The position numbers were made by a program, and so were the translations under genes. From positions 288,001 to 352,000 of the forward strand of contig CAXXYE010000001.1 in the NCBI GenBank assembly GCA_963674865.2: DNA of 64,000 nucleotides. The letters run 5' to 3'. The notes under the pieces are model-generated. The model was not told where the DNA came from. It made no database searches and was given only the letters and a program-made list of their open reading frames with translations. Positions 29,733 through 40,434 of this stretch are shown in pieces. How positions within the stretch are numbered: position 1 is the first letter of the stretch; each line of letters starts with the position of its first letter. The DNA comes from Candidatus Hydrogenedentota bacterium. Lineage in GTDB: Bacteria > Hydrogenedentota > Hydrogenedentia > Hydrogenedentales > SLHB01.

Positions 29733-31082
29733 ATGGAACGCAGGGCGTTTCTCCAAACGTTGGCGGCGGGTTCCGTCGCCGCCGGTGTCGGCAAGATGGG
29801 CGCGGTGTCCGCGGAAGAGGACAAGAACGTGAGCAGCATCCCTGTCTTGGCCAACAAATACGTCGTCGTATATGAATCGCCCGATGCGGAGCGCGTCTAC
29901 GCCTACAGCCCGGGATTGGCGCTGCTGCCCAGTGGGCGTTTGGTTGCGACGATGGATCAAGGCGGCTCGCATCCGTCCATCAAGATGGACGCCGATGGAC
30001 GCGCCTTGCGGGGGAAGATCTACACGAGCGACGACCACGGCAAGACGTGGACACACCGAACCGATATGCCCATGATGCACGCACGCCCCTTCAGTGCCGG
30101 TAATTCAGTTTATGTGCTCGGCCACAACAGCGATCTGTGCATCATCCGTTCAGACGATGGCGGCGGCACGTGGTCGAGACCCTTCTGGCTCACGCAGGGC
30201 CAGCGCTGGCACCAGGCTCCGTGCAATGTCCACTACTGCCGGGGCCGCGTGTACCTGGTTATGGAGCGCGACACGGATCCTGACCTCCCGGAGTGGCCGG
30301 TGTCCGTCTTCGCCCCAGTGGTGATGTCGGCCGATGCCAATGCCGATCTGACGCAACGCAGCTCTTGGAGCTTCTCCAGCGAGTTGACGTACAGCCAGGT
30401 CATTGAGGAATACGGTAAGCCTAACTTAATCGGCGTGCCCTTCTTTACTCCAGGGAATACGGTTCCCGATGCCGCCGGTGTCCACCGGCCCATGGCCCAT
30501 GTGGGATGGCTCGAAACCAACGTCGTCCAGTTCGTCGACCCCGACCACGTCTGGTACGATCCCAGCGGCCGTACTTTCCATCTCTGGATGCGCGCCCATA
30601 CCGGTTCAACGAATTTCGCCGCCGTGGACAAGGCCGTCGAAGCCGAAGACGGCCGGATCACCGTATCGGTTGAGCGTGCTCCCTCAGGCGAGCCCATCGT
30701 GTTCGTCCCCTGCCCCGGGGGCCAGATGAAGTTCCACATTCTCTATGACGATAAGAGCCGGCTCTTTTGGCTGCTGTCGAGCCAGGCCACTGATTCCATG
30801 ACACGCCCTGATTGCCTGCCGCCGAACCGGTTTAACCTACCGAATAACGAGCGGCACAGGCTGGTACTCCATTTCTCGAAGAACTGCATGGACTGGTGCT
30901 TTGCAGGACGCGTCGCCGATACCGGCGAGTACGGCCAAGGGCGGCACTATGCCTCGATGATCATTGACGGGGACAACCTGCATGTTCTCTCGCGATCGGG
31001 CGACGCCCGCGCTAAAAGCGCCCATGATGGGAACCTGATCACCTTCCACACGATCCCTGGTTTTCGTAGCCTCGTTTACTGA
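29733..31082 (+). CDS. Tat-exported BNR/Asp-box beta-propeller protein (sialidase-like)
   Basis: ERRAFL twin-arginine signal; Asp boxes SDDHGKTW and SDDGGGTW. Confidence 0.75.
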   Translation: MERRAFLQTLAAGSVAAGVGKMGAVSAEEDKNVSSIPVLANKYVVVYESPDAERVYAYSPGLALLPSGRLVATMDQGGSHPSIKMDADGRALRGKIYTSDDHGKTWTHRTDMPMMHARPFSAGNSVYVLGHNSDLCIIRSDDGGGTWSRPFWLTQGQRWHQAPCNVHYCRGRVYLVMERDTDPDLPEWPVSVFAPVVMSADANADLTQRSSWSFSSELTYSQVIEEYGKPNLIGVPFFTPGNTVPDAAGVHRPMAHVGWLETNVVQFVDPDHVWYDPSGRTFHLWMRAHTGSTNFAAVDKAVEAEDGRITVSVERAPSGEPIVFVPCPGGQMKFHILYDDKSRLFWLLSSQATDSMTRPDCLPPNRFNLPNNERHRLVLHFSKNCMDWCFAGRVADTGEYGQGRHYASMIIDGDNLHVLSRSGDARAKSAHDGNLITFHTIPGFRSLVY

Positions 31083-31124
31083 GCTACGCCATGGCGAGCG
31101 GCCGGCCGTTTGGGGCGTCGTTCG

Positions 31125-31153
31125 TTGACCCCCGCCCCCCGACATGCTAGGCT
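31125..31153 (+). promoter_or_regulatory. Putative sigma-70 promoter
   Basis: TTGACC-17-TAGGCT with an extended TG, upstream of PMM/PGM. Confidence 0.5.
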
Positions 31154-31193
31154 GAAATCGCCGTAGGAAAGGTGTATGGCTAAGGAGACGACT

Positions 31194-32561
31194 ATGATCA
31201 TCAATCCACAGATCTTCCGCGAATACGACATCCGCGGGATTGCCGGCGAGGACCTGACGGAAGGCGTCGTCGAGCGGATCGGCAGGGCCTATGCCGCGTA
31301 CATGCGGCGGCGGAAGAAGCACAACTGTGTCTGCATCGGCCGCGACGGCCGCCTCAGTTCGAAGGCGTTCAGCCGAGCCCTCATCGACGGCATTACCGCA
31401 TCCGGCCTTAACGTGATTGACCTCGGTGAAGTGCCCACGCCTTTGACCTACTTTGGCCTGTTCAAGTTGCCCGTGGACGGCGGTATTATGATCACCGGCA
31501 GCCATAATCCTAAGCACTACAACGGCATGAAGGTTGCCGCGGGCGAGTCGACGATCCACGGTGACGAAATCCAGAAGCTGCGCAAGATTGCCGATGCGGG
31601 CAAGTTCCCCACCGCGCGCGGGCCGGTGACGATCACCCGTGTGGACATTGCGGCGAAGTACATCAACCGCGTGGCCCGTATCATTAACCTCAAACGCAAA
31701 CTCAGAGTCGTTGTGGACGCGGGCAATGGCGTCGGCGGCACCTTGGCCGTGCCGCTCCTCGAGAAACTCGGATGCGAGGTCGTCCCTCTTTTCTGTGAAG
31801 TGGATGGCAATTTCCCCAACCACCATCCGGATCCCACCGTAGCCGCAAGTCTCAAGAAACTCGTTGCCGCGGTGAAGCGCACGAAGGCCGACTGCGGCGT
31901 CGCCTTCGACGGAGACGCCGATCGTCTTGGCGCTGTCGACAACATGGGGGAGATCATCTACGGCGACAGGCTGCTGATGCTGTTCGCTCGCTCTATTCTC
32001 AAGTCCAAGCCCGGCGCCTCCATTATCGGCGAGGTCAAGTGTTCCAGGACGCTCTACGACGATATCGCCAAGCACGGCGGCAAGCCCATCATGTGGAAGA
32101 CGGGCCACTCGCTGATCAAGGCGGCCATGAAGCAGTTCAAGGCCCAGCTTGCCGGTGAGATGAGCGGCCATATCTTTTTCAAGCACCGGTGGTACGGTTT
32201 CGACGACGCCATCTACTCGGCCTGCCGGCTGCTCGAGTTCCTCTCCGCGGGCCGGAAGTCTCTTCACGAACATTTCGCGAATGTTCCGAAGACCTTCGTG
32301 ACGGAAGAAATCCGTATTGAAACGAAAGAGGACAAGAAGTTCAGAATCGTGAATGAGGCCACTCGCTATTTCCAGAAGGAACTTGGCCTCGACGTCAACA
32401 CCATCGATGGCGCCCGCATCGAGTTCACCGATGGCTGGGGCCTCGTGCGTGCCTCCAACACATCGCCGATGTTGGTTATGCGTTGTGAGGCGCAGTCCCG
32501 GAAGCGGCTGAAAGAGATACGCGCACTCGTCGAGAACAAGGTAAACGAACTCAACCAATAA
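31194..32561 (+). CDS. Phosphomannomutase/phosphoglucomutase (AlgC-like)
   Basis: IFREYDIRG, ITGSHNP phosphoserine, FDGDADR, GEMSGH, RASNT; AAGGAG precedes ATG 31194. Confidence 0.96.
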   Translation: MIINPQIFREYDIRGIAGEDLTEGVVERIGRAYAAYMRRRKKHNCVCIGRDGRLSSKAFSRALIDGITASGLNVIDLGEVPTPLTYFGLFKLPVDGGIMITGSHNPKHYNGMKVAAGESTIHGDEIQKLRKIADAGKFPTARGPVTITRVDIAAKYINRVARIINLKRKLRVVVDAGNGVGGTLAVPLLEKLGCEVVPLFCEVDGNFPNHHPDPTVAASLKKLVAAVKRTKADCGVAFDGDADRLGAVDNMGEIIYGDRLLMLFARSILKSKPGASIIGEVKCSRTLYDDIAKHGGKPIMWKTGHSLIKAAMKQFKAQLAGEMSGHIFFKHRWYGFDDAIYSACRLLEFLSAGRKSLHEHFANVPKTFVTEEIRIETKEDKKFRIVNEATRYFQKELGLDVNTIDGARIEFTDGWGLVRASNTSPMLVMRCEAQSRKRLKEIRALVENKVNELNQ

Positions 32562-32586
32562 GCGCCGGCTCGGCGGGAAAGAGGCT

Positions 32587-33621
32587 ATGAAGGCGGTACG
32601 TTACTACGGAGAAGGCGACTTTCGCGTGGAGGAGGTCCCCGAGCCGAAGCGGCGCCCGGACAATCTGGTGGCGCAGGTGCTTTGCACGGCTATCTGCGGA
32701 ACCGATGTCAAGCTCTTTAAGCAAGATAATCCACGCTTCAAGAAGGGCCAAACCCTCGGCCATGAGTTCTGCGCCGAGGTGGTTCACGTGGGGGATGACG
32801 TGCCCGGATGGGCCCTTGGCGACCGTCTGACTATGGCAACGTCGATCTCCTGCATGGACTGTCCGGCCTGTCGCGCAGGGCGCACCAATCTCTGCGATCA
32901 CCTCACGCCCATCAGTGCCGATTACCCCGGCGCCTTCGCCGAGTTCATCGAAGTTCCTCCTGCGGGCATCCGAGGCGGCAACGCCGTCAAGGTTCCCGCC
33001 ACCGTGCCGAATGAGTGGGCCGCCCTCGCCGAGCCGTTGAGTTGCGCGATCAATGCCCAGCAAGAAGCCGGCGTCGGCCCGGGCGATTCCGTCCTGATTG
33101 TCGGCGGCGGCCCCTTAGGCTGTCTGCACGTCGAGGTGGCCCGTGCCTTTGGCGCCGCGAAGGTCTTCATCGTTCAGCGCTCTCAGCCGCGTTTGGGCCT
33201 ATGCGCCAAGATGCGCGTCGATGAGGTGATCGGCGGCGACGAAGATCTGGCCGGACGCGTCAAGGCGCTGACGGGGGGGCGCGGCGTGGACGTCGTGGTG
33301 GTGAGTGCTCCCAGTGCGGAAGCCCAGGCCACGGCGCCTGAACTGGCGGCCAAGGGTGGACGCGTCAGTCTGTTTGCGAGCCTGCCTAAGGATGCGCCCG
33401 ATATCATCATCAACAGCCGAACCGTCCACTACCGTCAAGTGTCCATCCACGGCGCCACCGACTCGACGCCCGCTCAGGTGCAGCTTGCCGTCGATCTTAT
33501 GGCCTCCGGGCAGATCCGCTGCGATGACATTATCACTCACAGTTTCCCGCTCGAGAAGATACACGACGGCCTGAGCGTCATGATCGAGAAGAGGGGACTC
33601 AAAGTGCTGATGATTCCCTAA
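32587..33621 (+). CDS. Zinc-dependent MDR dehydrogenase (polyol/iditol dehydrogenase-like)
   Basis: ICGTD, GHE, structural Zn site CxxCxxC-X7-C, EPLSC, GGGPLG. Confidence 0.9.
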   Translation: MKAVRYYGEGDFRVEEVPEPKRRPDNLVAQVLCTAICGTDVKLFKQDNPRFKKGQTLGHEFCAEVVHVGDDVPGWALGDRLTMATSISCMDCPACRAGRTNLCDHLTPISADYPGAFAEFIEVPPAGIRGGNAVKVPATVPNEWAALAEPLSCAINAQQEAGVGPGDSVLIVGGGPLGCLHVEVARAFGAAKVFIVQRSQPRLGLCAKMRVDEVIGGDEDLAGRVKALTGGRGVDVVVVSAPSAEAQATAPELAAKGGRVSLFASLPKDAPDIIINSRTVHYRQVSIHGATDSTPAQVQLAVDLMASGQIRCDDIITHSFPLEKIHDGLSVMIEKRGLKVLMIP

Positions 33622-33651
33622 GGCCGATTGCGCCCGCGTGGTAGGTGCAGG

Positions 33652-34548
33652 CTAGAACAGGGCCAAGTCCTTGAATGTCTCATATCGCGCGGCAATGGCG
33701 GCATCGTCCAGCGACGCCAGTCGCTCAACGCCGAAGGCTTCGCACGTGAATGAAGCCAGGACGCTGGCGTGGATGACGGCCTGACGCAGCGTGTCAAAAT
33801 CGACGGCGTCCGTCTGCGTCACATAGCCCATGAAGCCGCCCGCGAAAGTGTCGCCCGCTCCCGTGGGATCGACCACTTCTGCCAGTGGTAGCGCTGGCGC
33901 CGCGAACACGCGGTCCTCGCCGAAGAGGAGGCAGCCATGTTCGCCCTTCTTGACGACCACGGTGGAAGGCCCCAATTCGCGGATGGCTTCCGCGCCTTTG
34001 ACCAGCGTTCGCGCTCCCGTCAGATCTTTCACTTCCGAATCATTGATCAGGATGGCGTCGACCCGTTTCAGCACGGCCTTGAGGTCATCCAGCGCAATAT
34101 CGATCCATAAGTTCATCGTGTCCAGCGCCACAAAGGATGCGCTGGCCTGCTCCATAACCTCCATCTGCAAGGACGGGTGGATGTTTCCCAAGAAGAGGTA
34201 CTTCGCTTGGCGCGCCGCCTCGGGGAGCTTCGGATGGAATTCCTCGAACACGTTCAGCTGCGTGTCCAGCGTGTCCCGCACGTTGACGTCCTCATGGTAT
34301 CGCCCGCTCCAGCGGAAGGTTTTCCCGGCCGTGCGCTCCAGTCCTGCCAGGTCGATATCGCGCGTGGCGAGCAGCTCGACGTGCTCTTCGGGGAAGTCTT
34401 CGCCCACAACGCCTACAAGATGTACGCGCGTATAGTTGGCCGCGGCCAGGGAGAAGAAGGTGGCGGCTCCACCGAGCCCATTCTCATTCCGTCCCCAAGG
34501 TGTTTCGACCGTATCCAATGCAACGGATCCAACAACAGTTACGCTCAT
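33652..34548 (-). CDS. PfkB-family carbohydrate/nucleoside kinase
   Basis: VVGSVALD, LGGAA, VKKGEHG, DPTGAGDTFAGG. Confidence 0.93.
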   Translation of the reverse strand: MSVTVVGSVALDTVETPWGRNENGLGGAATFFSLAAANYTRVHLVGVVGEDFPEEHVELLATRDIDLAGLERTAGKTFRWSGRYHEDVNVRDTLDTQLNVFEEFHPKLPEAARQAKYLFLGNIHPSLQMEVMEQASASFVALDTMNLWIDIALDDLKAVLKRVDAILINDSEVKDLTGARTLVKGAEAIRELGPSTVVVKKGEHGCLLFGEDRVFAAPALPLAEVVDPTGAGDTFAGGFMGYVTQTDAVDFDTLRQAVIHASVLASFTCEAFGVERLASLDDAAIAARYETFKDLALF

Positions 34549-34641
34549 TCGCAAACGCTCCATTCTCCGGCTGTGTGTTACTAATAGCCCTTGGCCTGCC
34601 CGTCGAGCCGTGCAAGGCTAGGCACCGCGGCACATGGGCAG

Positions 34642-36027
34642 CTATTGCGCCTTCGCCCGCGTCTCCAATTCATCCGTGATCCCGAGCTGGTCCATCTTAT
34701 ACTTCAAGATGCGCCGCGTGGTACCCAACATCTCGGCGGCGCGTGACTGCACGTCGCCGCACCGTTCGAGGGCACGCTTGATAAGATGCCGTTCAAGGCG
34801 ACTCGTGGCTTCTTGCAGCGGAAGTCCGTCGAATTCCGCCAAGGTATCCGGCGGCTCTTCCCGCAGATTCGGCAGCACGCCGGCCAAGTGAGGCAGATCG
34901 ATCTCGTGTTCGTCGAAGTTGCACACGAGCAGGCGCTCCACCGTGTTCTCCAATTCGCGCACGTTGCCGGGCCATGAATAGGACGCCAGAGCCGCGACAG
35001 CCCGAAAGGTGAATCGCTTGGCCTTGGCGTTCACCCGCGGCGCGTGCTTTGCGACAAAATGGGCCACCAGGCGCGGCACATCCTCACGCCGCTGCCGCAG
35101 GGCCGGCATCTCAATGTGGAGAACATTCACTCGGTAGAACAGGTCCTCCCTGAATATGCCCTCCGTGATCGCCTGGCGCAAATTCCGATTGGTTGCGCAC
35201 ACAACGCGGATGTCCACCTCGATGACCTTGGAGCTGCCAACCGGATAGAACCGCCCATCCTGCAACACCCGGAGCAACTTGGCCTGGGCTTCGAGCGGCA
35301 TTTCGCCAATCTCATCGAGAAAGAGTGTCCCCTGATCGGCTATTTGCATCTTCCCGACGCGCCGATCCGTTGCGCCGGTAAATGCTCCTTTCTCATGGCC
35401 GAATAGCTCGCTCTCCACCAGAGACGCCGGAATCGCGCAGCAAGACACCGGCACAAAGGTCTTCTCCGCGCGTTTGCCTCCCGAATGGATGGCGCGCGCC
35501 ACGAGGTCTTTGCCCGTACCGCTCTCGCCCGTGATGAGCACTGTGGAGTCCACTTGCATGGCCTGGCGGGCCATGTTGAGCGCTCGTAGGAGCGCGTGGC
35601 TCTCACCAATGAGGCATTCGAATCCTCTCCGGTCGGCTTCACGCAGTACCTCGAGTTCTTGTCGCTCCCGCTGTTCTGAAAGCACGCGCTCGACGGTAAG
35701 CATGATGCCGTCCACGTCAAACGGCTTGATCACGTAGTCCCGCGCCCCCCGTTTTGTCGCCTCCACGGCCGTCGAGACGGAGTTGAGGGCGGTGACAACG
35801 ATGACGGGAGTCAGTTCCCCGCGCCGGGACATCTCATCCAGGAACCCCATGCCTCCCATGCCCGGCATCATGAGGTCCAAGAGCACCACGTCCACATGGT
35901 TTTCATCCAGGAGTCCCAGTGCCTCCTCGCCGCTCTCCGCCAGCAGCACGCGGTACTGCTCGGCAAAAACCATGCGATAGGATTGCCGGATGCCCCCTTC
36001 GTCGTCAATGGCCAGAATCGTCTGCAT
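34642..36027 (-). CDS. Sigma-54-dependent response regulator (REC-AAA+-HTH, NtrC family)
   Basis: Receiver IDDE...LLDLMMP...KPF; GESGTGK; ESELFGHEKGAFTGA; LFLDEIG; WPGNVREL; Fis-type HTH. Confidence 0.97.
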   Translation of the reverse strand: MQTILAIDDEGGIRQSYRMVFAEQYRVLLAESGEEALGLLDENHVDVVLLDLMMPGMGGMGFLDEMSRRGELTPVIVVTALNSVSTAVEATKRGARDYVIKPFDVDGIMLTVERVLSEQRERQELEVLREADRRGFECLIGESHALLRALNMARQAMQVDSTVLITGESGTGKDLVARAIHSGGKRAEKTFVPVSCCAIPASLVESELFGHEKGAFTGATDRRVGKMQIADQGTLFLDEIGEMPLEAQAKLLRVLQDGRFYPVGSSKVIEVDIRVVCATNRNLRQAITEGIFREDLFYRVNVLHIEMPALRQRREDVPRLVAHFVAKHAPRVNAKAKRFTFRAVAALASYSWPGNVRELENTVERLLVCNFDEHEIDLPHLAGVLPNLREEPPDTLAEFDGLPLQEATSRLERHLIKRALERCGDVQSRAAEMLGTTRRILKYKMDQLGITDELETRAKAQ

Positions 36028-37927
36028 TGCTCGCTTCCTTGCTTGGCAGGTGAAGCGCAAATGCGCTGCCGCCCTCCGGGTCGTTCACCAGAGTCAGATC
36101 ACCTTCATGCTGTTTCATAATGCGGTTCGCTATCGTCAATCCCAAACCCATGCCTTGCTCCTTCGTGCTGAAGAACGGCATGAAGATGAGTGCCGCGTCC
36201 TGCTCAGGCACTCCCGGCCCCGTATCCGAGATCACGATTTCGCACCCGCTATCGGACATCTCCGTGCGGACTTTCAGCCGGCCTCCCGCGGGCATGGCAT
36301 CGATCGAGTTCTGGACCACATTCTGGAGGGCCTGCGAGAAATGCGATGGATCTATCTCGGCGTTAGGCTCCTTCGGATCCAAGTGCGTCTCAAGTTCGAT
36401 GGCCTTCTCGCCCAAGGCCTTCTCGAAGGATCCCAACACGTTCCGCACCGTGTCGTTGACCTTGCATTGCTGGATCACCAGTCGTGGGTGCCGCGCGAAA
36501 CCGAACAACGTCTCGACGACATTGTTGATGCGGGCCACCTCTTTCTGGACCACGTCAGCGAAAGCCTCGCGGAAGTCGGGCGCGTCGTACTTGCGAGGGA
36601 GCAGTTGTGCGAAGGTGTTAATGGCCACCATGGGATTCTTGATCTCTTGGGCCACGCGCGAGGATAGATACTCCCAGAACGGGCTGTATGCGATCTCCTC
36701 GGCGGAGGCGCGCTCCTCAGGCAGTTGCGAGAACATGACGACCACGCCTTGGCCTTCGCCGAGGGGCGTCACGCTGAGGCCCAGCGTTGCGTCGATGGCA
36801 GAGTCTCGGATCTCTTGCCGGAGCCGCGGCTTTCCGTCACCCAGACAGCGCAGCACCACGTCGGCGAAACTCGACCCGAGTTTCTGAACGCTTTGGCCGA
36901 TGACGTCCGCCGCACGCGTCTGAAGGATGCGTTCAGCGCTCACGTTCAGCGACGCCACTCGTCTGTTGGGCAGCACCGTCACCACGCCCGCCGTTACGTT
37001 GTTGAGGATGCCGTCGAGCCAGTTCTGCTGCTTCGATGTCTTCCGGTAGCGGGCGGCGTTCTCGAAGGTGTTGGAAGCCGCCCGTGTAAGGGCCGACAAC
37101 ATCTCGCGCTCTTCGCGCGAGTAATCGAGTCCCGAGGCCTTGTCGCCTACGATCACCGCGCCGCAAACCTGCCCGTTCTTGAACAGTGGCGCGCCCAGGC
37201 GGGCGCCGATTACCTGAAGCTCCTTCACGGCATCGGGCGCGTCTAACACGGCGCGACGATCTATCAGGCATGCATGGGCTTCGAGCCAGCGCATCAAACC
37301 TGTCGCATAGTTCAACCGAAGGCTCTCCGACACCGTTGCGGGGATGCCCCTGCTGGCGATCACGCGGACACCTTCCCCGTTCTCCAGCAATACGGCGCTC
37401 CGGACGCAATCGAAGATATCCGTCATCGCGTCGAGAATCTGCTCGCTCAGGCGGCCGACGTCGGCGAGTTGACTTGATGTGCGCGTGAGCCATCGCAAAG
37501 CCATCTGGTACTGCCCCACCACGGGATCTGGCGCGGACGGTGTCCGAGGGGCCGGTCTGCCATCGGCGGCAGGCGTGGATAGATTGACAAGACTCTCCAC
37601 CGCGCGAGTCAGAGCATCACACGAAAACGGCTTCACCACGCACGCGCGCGCCCCGGCAAGCGTATAGCCTGCAAGGGTTTCCGCGTCACCACGACTCGAC
37701 AGCACCACGAGCGGCGTGTCAGGCGCGGCCTCCTTCAGGTGGGCGATGGCCTTCCTGCTAAGGCTCAACGAATCATCCAGAAGGATTACGTCGGGCCTCA
37801 CCGTTATCAGCCGCCGGATGGCGCCTTCCAAAGAAGGCTCCAGGAGGACGAGGTCCTCTTCCGGCAGCGCAGCACGCAGCGATTCACAGATCGCCCTGTC
37901 TTCTGCTATGGCCAGTATTACATTCAT
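36005..37927 (-). CDS. REC-GAF-PAS-HisKA-HATPase protein with a His->Gln H-box (probable pseudokinase)
   Basis: H-box VAQEIKNPM; N box QNSIDA; DTGPG; FFSTK; GMGLGL; N-terminal receiver-like domain. Confidence 0.9.
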   Translation of the reverse strand: MNVILAIAEDRAICESLRAALPEEDLVLLEPSLEGAIRRLITVRPDVILLDDSLSLSRKAIAHLKEAAPDTPLVVLSSRGDAETLAGYTLAGARACVVKPFSCDALTRAVESLVNLSTPAADGRPAPRTPSAPDPVVGQYQMALRWLTRTSSQLADVGRLSEQILDAMTDIFDCVRSAVLLENGEGVRVIASRGIPATVSESLRLNYATGLMRWLEAHACLIDRRAVLDAPDAVKELQVIGARLGAPLFKNGQVCGAVIVGDKASGLDYSREEREMLSALTRAASNTFENAARYRKTSKQQNWLDGILNNVTAGVVTVLPNRRVASLNVSAERILQTRAADVIGQSVQKLGSSFADVVLRCLGDGKPRLRQEIRDSAIDATLGLSVTPLGEGQGVVVMFSQLPEERASAEEIAYSPFWEYLSSRVAQEIKNPMVAINTFAQLLPRKYDAPDFREAFADVVQKEVARINNVVETLFGFARHPRLVIQQCKVNDTVRNVLGSFEKALGEKAIELETHLDPKEPNAEIDPSHFSQALQNVVQNSIDAMPAGGRLKVRTEMSDSGCEIVISDTGPGVPEQDAALIFMPFFSTKEQGMGLGLTIANRIMKQHEGDLTLVNDPEGGSAFALHLPSKEASNADDSGH

Positions 37928-37932
37928 TTCCT

Positions 37933-40434
37933 CTAGACCCCGGTCGGTACCGCTGTTATTGCCAACGGAAGTGTGACGACAAATGATGTGCCTTCGCCCA
38001 CTCTACTCTTGACGTCGATCTCGCCGCTATGTTCAGTGACGATGCCGTGTACTACGGCCAATCCCAAACCCGATCCTTCCGCCTTCGTTGTGTAAAACGG
38101 CGTGAAGAGTTGATCTATGCTGTCCTCGGGAATGCCGGGGCCTGTGTCTGCCACGGTGACCCTCACGCATTCCGCCTCTAAGAGCGTTTGCCTGCCGTTC
38201 TGACGCCGCAGGTGCATCCGGCCAAGCTCCGCCCGCAGCGTCAAGCTGCCGCCATCCGTTTGTGTCAGCGCGTCAATTGCGTTGAGCACAAGGTTGAGGA
38301 ATAGCTGGTGCAGTTGTTGGTCATCCCCGTGCACCTGAATGCTCTCTTCCGGGAAATCCACATGAACCTGTATCTTGGCCTTGTGCGTCTGGTTTTTCAC
38401 AAGTCCGAGAACGTGGTCGAGGATACCACGCACGTTGCGCGGAGCGAACTCGACTGGTTTGGGGCGAGAGAAATCCAGGAGCTGAGAGACGATGGCGTCG
38501 ATGCGTTCCACCTCGTGCGGCACCACACTCGCGAAGGTCCCGCGAAAATCCGGATCGTCATACCGGCTCATCAGCAGTTGTGTGAAAGTCTTGATCGACA
38601 CCAGGGGATTCTTGATTTCGTGGGCCATGCCGGCAGCCAGCGTGCCTATCGACGACAAGTGTCCTGCCCGCTGCACGTTCTGCTCAAGCCGCTTGACCTG
38701 CGAGAGGTCGTAGATCATAGCCATCGCGCCCGTTGTCACATTGTCTCGTGTGAACAGGCATGACGATGACATCACGACAGGTACGGACTCGCCGTCGGGC
38801 GTTTTGACCACCGTCTCGAAGTCCGTGATGGCGCGGCGCTCCCGGAGTGTTTGCTCAAGAAGCTGCGCGAGTTCCGGCGTAAGCCAGGCAAGATTGCGGC
38901 CGATCTCCACCGGGCCGAGTATTCTCGCGGCGCTCTGGTTAACCGTCCGCACATCACCTTTCGTGTCAACCGCTATCACGCCGCCGCGCATCTTGCTCAG
39001 AATCTCGCTGAAGTGGGCGTTTACCTCCTCGATCTGGCGATACAGCCGCGCGTTCTCGATAGCCGCGGCCACGGGCGTGGCGATGGCCGTCAATACCATC
39101 AGATCTTCCGACGAGTAGATTTGTCGCGAGGTCTTGCGCCCTAGGAGTAGTGCGCCGACGAGCCCGGAAGTTGTCTCCAGAGGAAGGCACAGGTAGGTAT
39201 CCAATTCCGCGAGGTGCTCCGCCACCGAGATAGATTCCGGTGTTGGCCGCGAGCGAACGAGTTTCTCGAGCACCAGGGGATCTGGATTGCGTTCGAGATG
39301 GCGAATCAGCGGCGTATGTCCGCGCAAAGGAGTGCCTATCTCCTTCGTATCGCTCGAGTATTCGATAACAAAGGCTGCCGGATCTTGATCGTCAAGCAGC
39401 ACCACGCGAGCCTTGCCGATACCTATGGTAAGCCGGAGGTCCTCAACGACGGTTCGCAGAAGCTCGTCCAGTTGAACGATCTGCCCGGCGTTGCGGCTGA
39501 TACGCGCCACGAGGCGGTTCGTGTCGTACCGCCTTTTCACGATGGCGCGGTCCACGACCAACTGAACACGTTCCTTCAGCGGTTCGATCACAACGGCGAT
39601 GATGAGCGCCGCGAGGCCCGTTGACAGTATCCTACTCGCGTGGCCGCTTGCACTGAGCGTGAGGTGGACGAGCGATATCGTGCTGAAGAAGGTCAGCATG
39701 ACGAAGCCCGTCACCACCGCATATACCGTGGTTCGGGAAACGATGACCCGGATGTCCAGCAGGTGATACCGCACCATGGCGTACGCAAAGATCGCCATCA
39801 TGAGGACGGTGAACATCGGGCCGTAGGGCTCCAGGCCGACGATGTGCAGCGCCGGCGCCACCACGTTTGTCAGGTACGCGAGCGTGGTGGTCAGGAAGAT
39901 CCCGAGCAGCACGTGTTGGATCTGCAGACGTTCAAGCCCGGAGGAAGCAAGGAGCTTTCTAATCAACGTGGGATACGACAGCAGCATGGTGAGCAGGATG
40001 CAGGCTGCGAAGACATACAGGATCGGCCCGTAGGTGACCTCCGGCGGGCCGTCCGGCTGGACGGCGACGTCAGTTACATACCATGGCGTGAAGGCGCCGA
40101 TAATCATCACCGGCGTCGCCAGCAGGAGCACCCACAAGAGCGGCCTGAAGCCCTGGTACCTCTCCCTAGGGAAATAGCCTACGAAGAGGTGAAACGCCAA
40201 GGGCATGGGGGAGGAGACAATGAACGTCACCAGCACCCAGGAGCGCGCTACCGATTCGGCATGGCTGTTGATAATGGCGGCTACGCCCAGTGCCCAGAAG
40301 CCCAACACTGTCGCCAACAGCGTAAACGTTCGGTGGGTCGGCTTGTGTGGATTGCGTACGAACACGACTACCGCCAAGATGAAACACGACACCGCCGATA
40401 CGATTAGCAGTGCGGTTGGCATGGCGGTATTCAT
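37933..40434 (-). CDS. Membrane sensor histidine kinase (N-terminal 7TM-type domain, GAF, PAS, HisKA, HATPase)
   Basis: About 9 TM segments with YAMVRYHLLDI; H-box MAHEIKNPL; NLVLNAIDA; DTGPG; GSGLGL. Confidence 0.95.
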   Translation of the reverse strand: MNTAMPTALLIVSAVSCFILAVVVFVRNPHKPTHRTFTLLATVLGFWALGVAAIINSHAESVARSWVLVTFIVSSPMPLAFHLFVGYFPRERYQGFRPLLWVLLLATPVMIIGAFTPWYVTDVAVQPDGPPEVTYGPILYVFAACILLTMLLSYPTLIRKLLASSGLERLQIQHVLLGIFLTTTLAYLTNVVAPALHIVGLEPYGPMFTVLMMAIFAYAMVRYHLLDIRVIVSRTTVYAVVTGFVMLTFFSTISLVHLTLSASGHASRILSTGLAALIIAVVIEPLKERVQLVVDRAIVKRRYDTNRLVARISRNAGQIVQLDELLRTVVEDLRLTIGIGKARVVLLDDQDPAAFVIEYSSDTKEIGTPLRGHTPLIRHLERNPDPLVLEKLVRSRPTPESISVAEHLAELDTYLCLPLETTSGLVGALLLGRKTSRQIYSSEDLMVLTAIATPVAAAIENARLYRQIEEVNAHFSEILSKMRGGVIAVDTKGDVRTVNQSAARILGPVEIGRNLAWLTPELAQLLEQTLRERRAITDFETVVKTPDGESVPVVMSSSCLFTRDNVTTGAMAMIYDLSQVKRLEQNVQRAGHLSSIGTLAAGMAHEIKNPLVSIKTFTQLLMSRYDDPDFRGTFASVVPHEVERIDAIVSQLLDFSRPKPVEFAPRNVRGILDHVLGLVKNQTHKAKIQVHVDFPEESIQVHGDDQQLHQLFLNLVLNAIDALTQTDGGSLTLRAELGRMHLRRQNGRQTLLEAECVRVTVADTGPGIPEDSIDQLFTPFYTTKAEGSGLGLAVVHGIVTEHSGEIDVKSRVGEGTSFVVTLPLAITAVPTGV

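Noticed and set aside
30837..32558. 573-aa minus-strand ORF
   Set aside because: Antisense shadow of PMM/PGM, typical of high-GC codon bias; no motifs.
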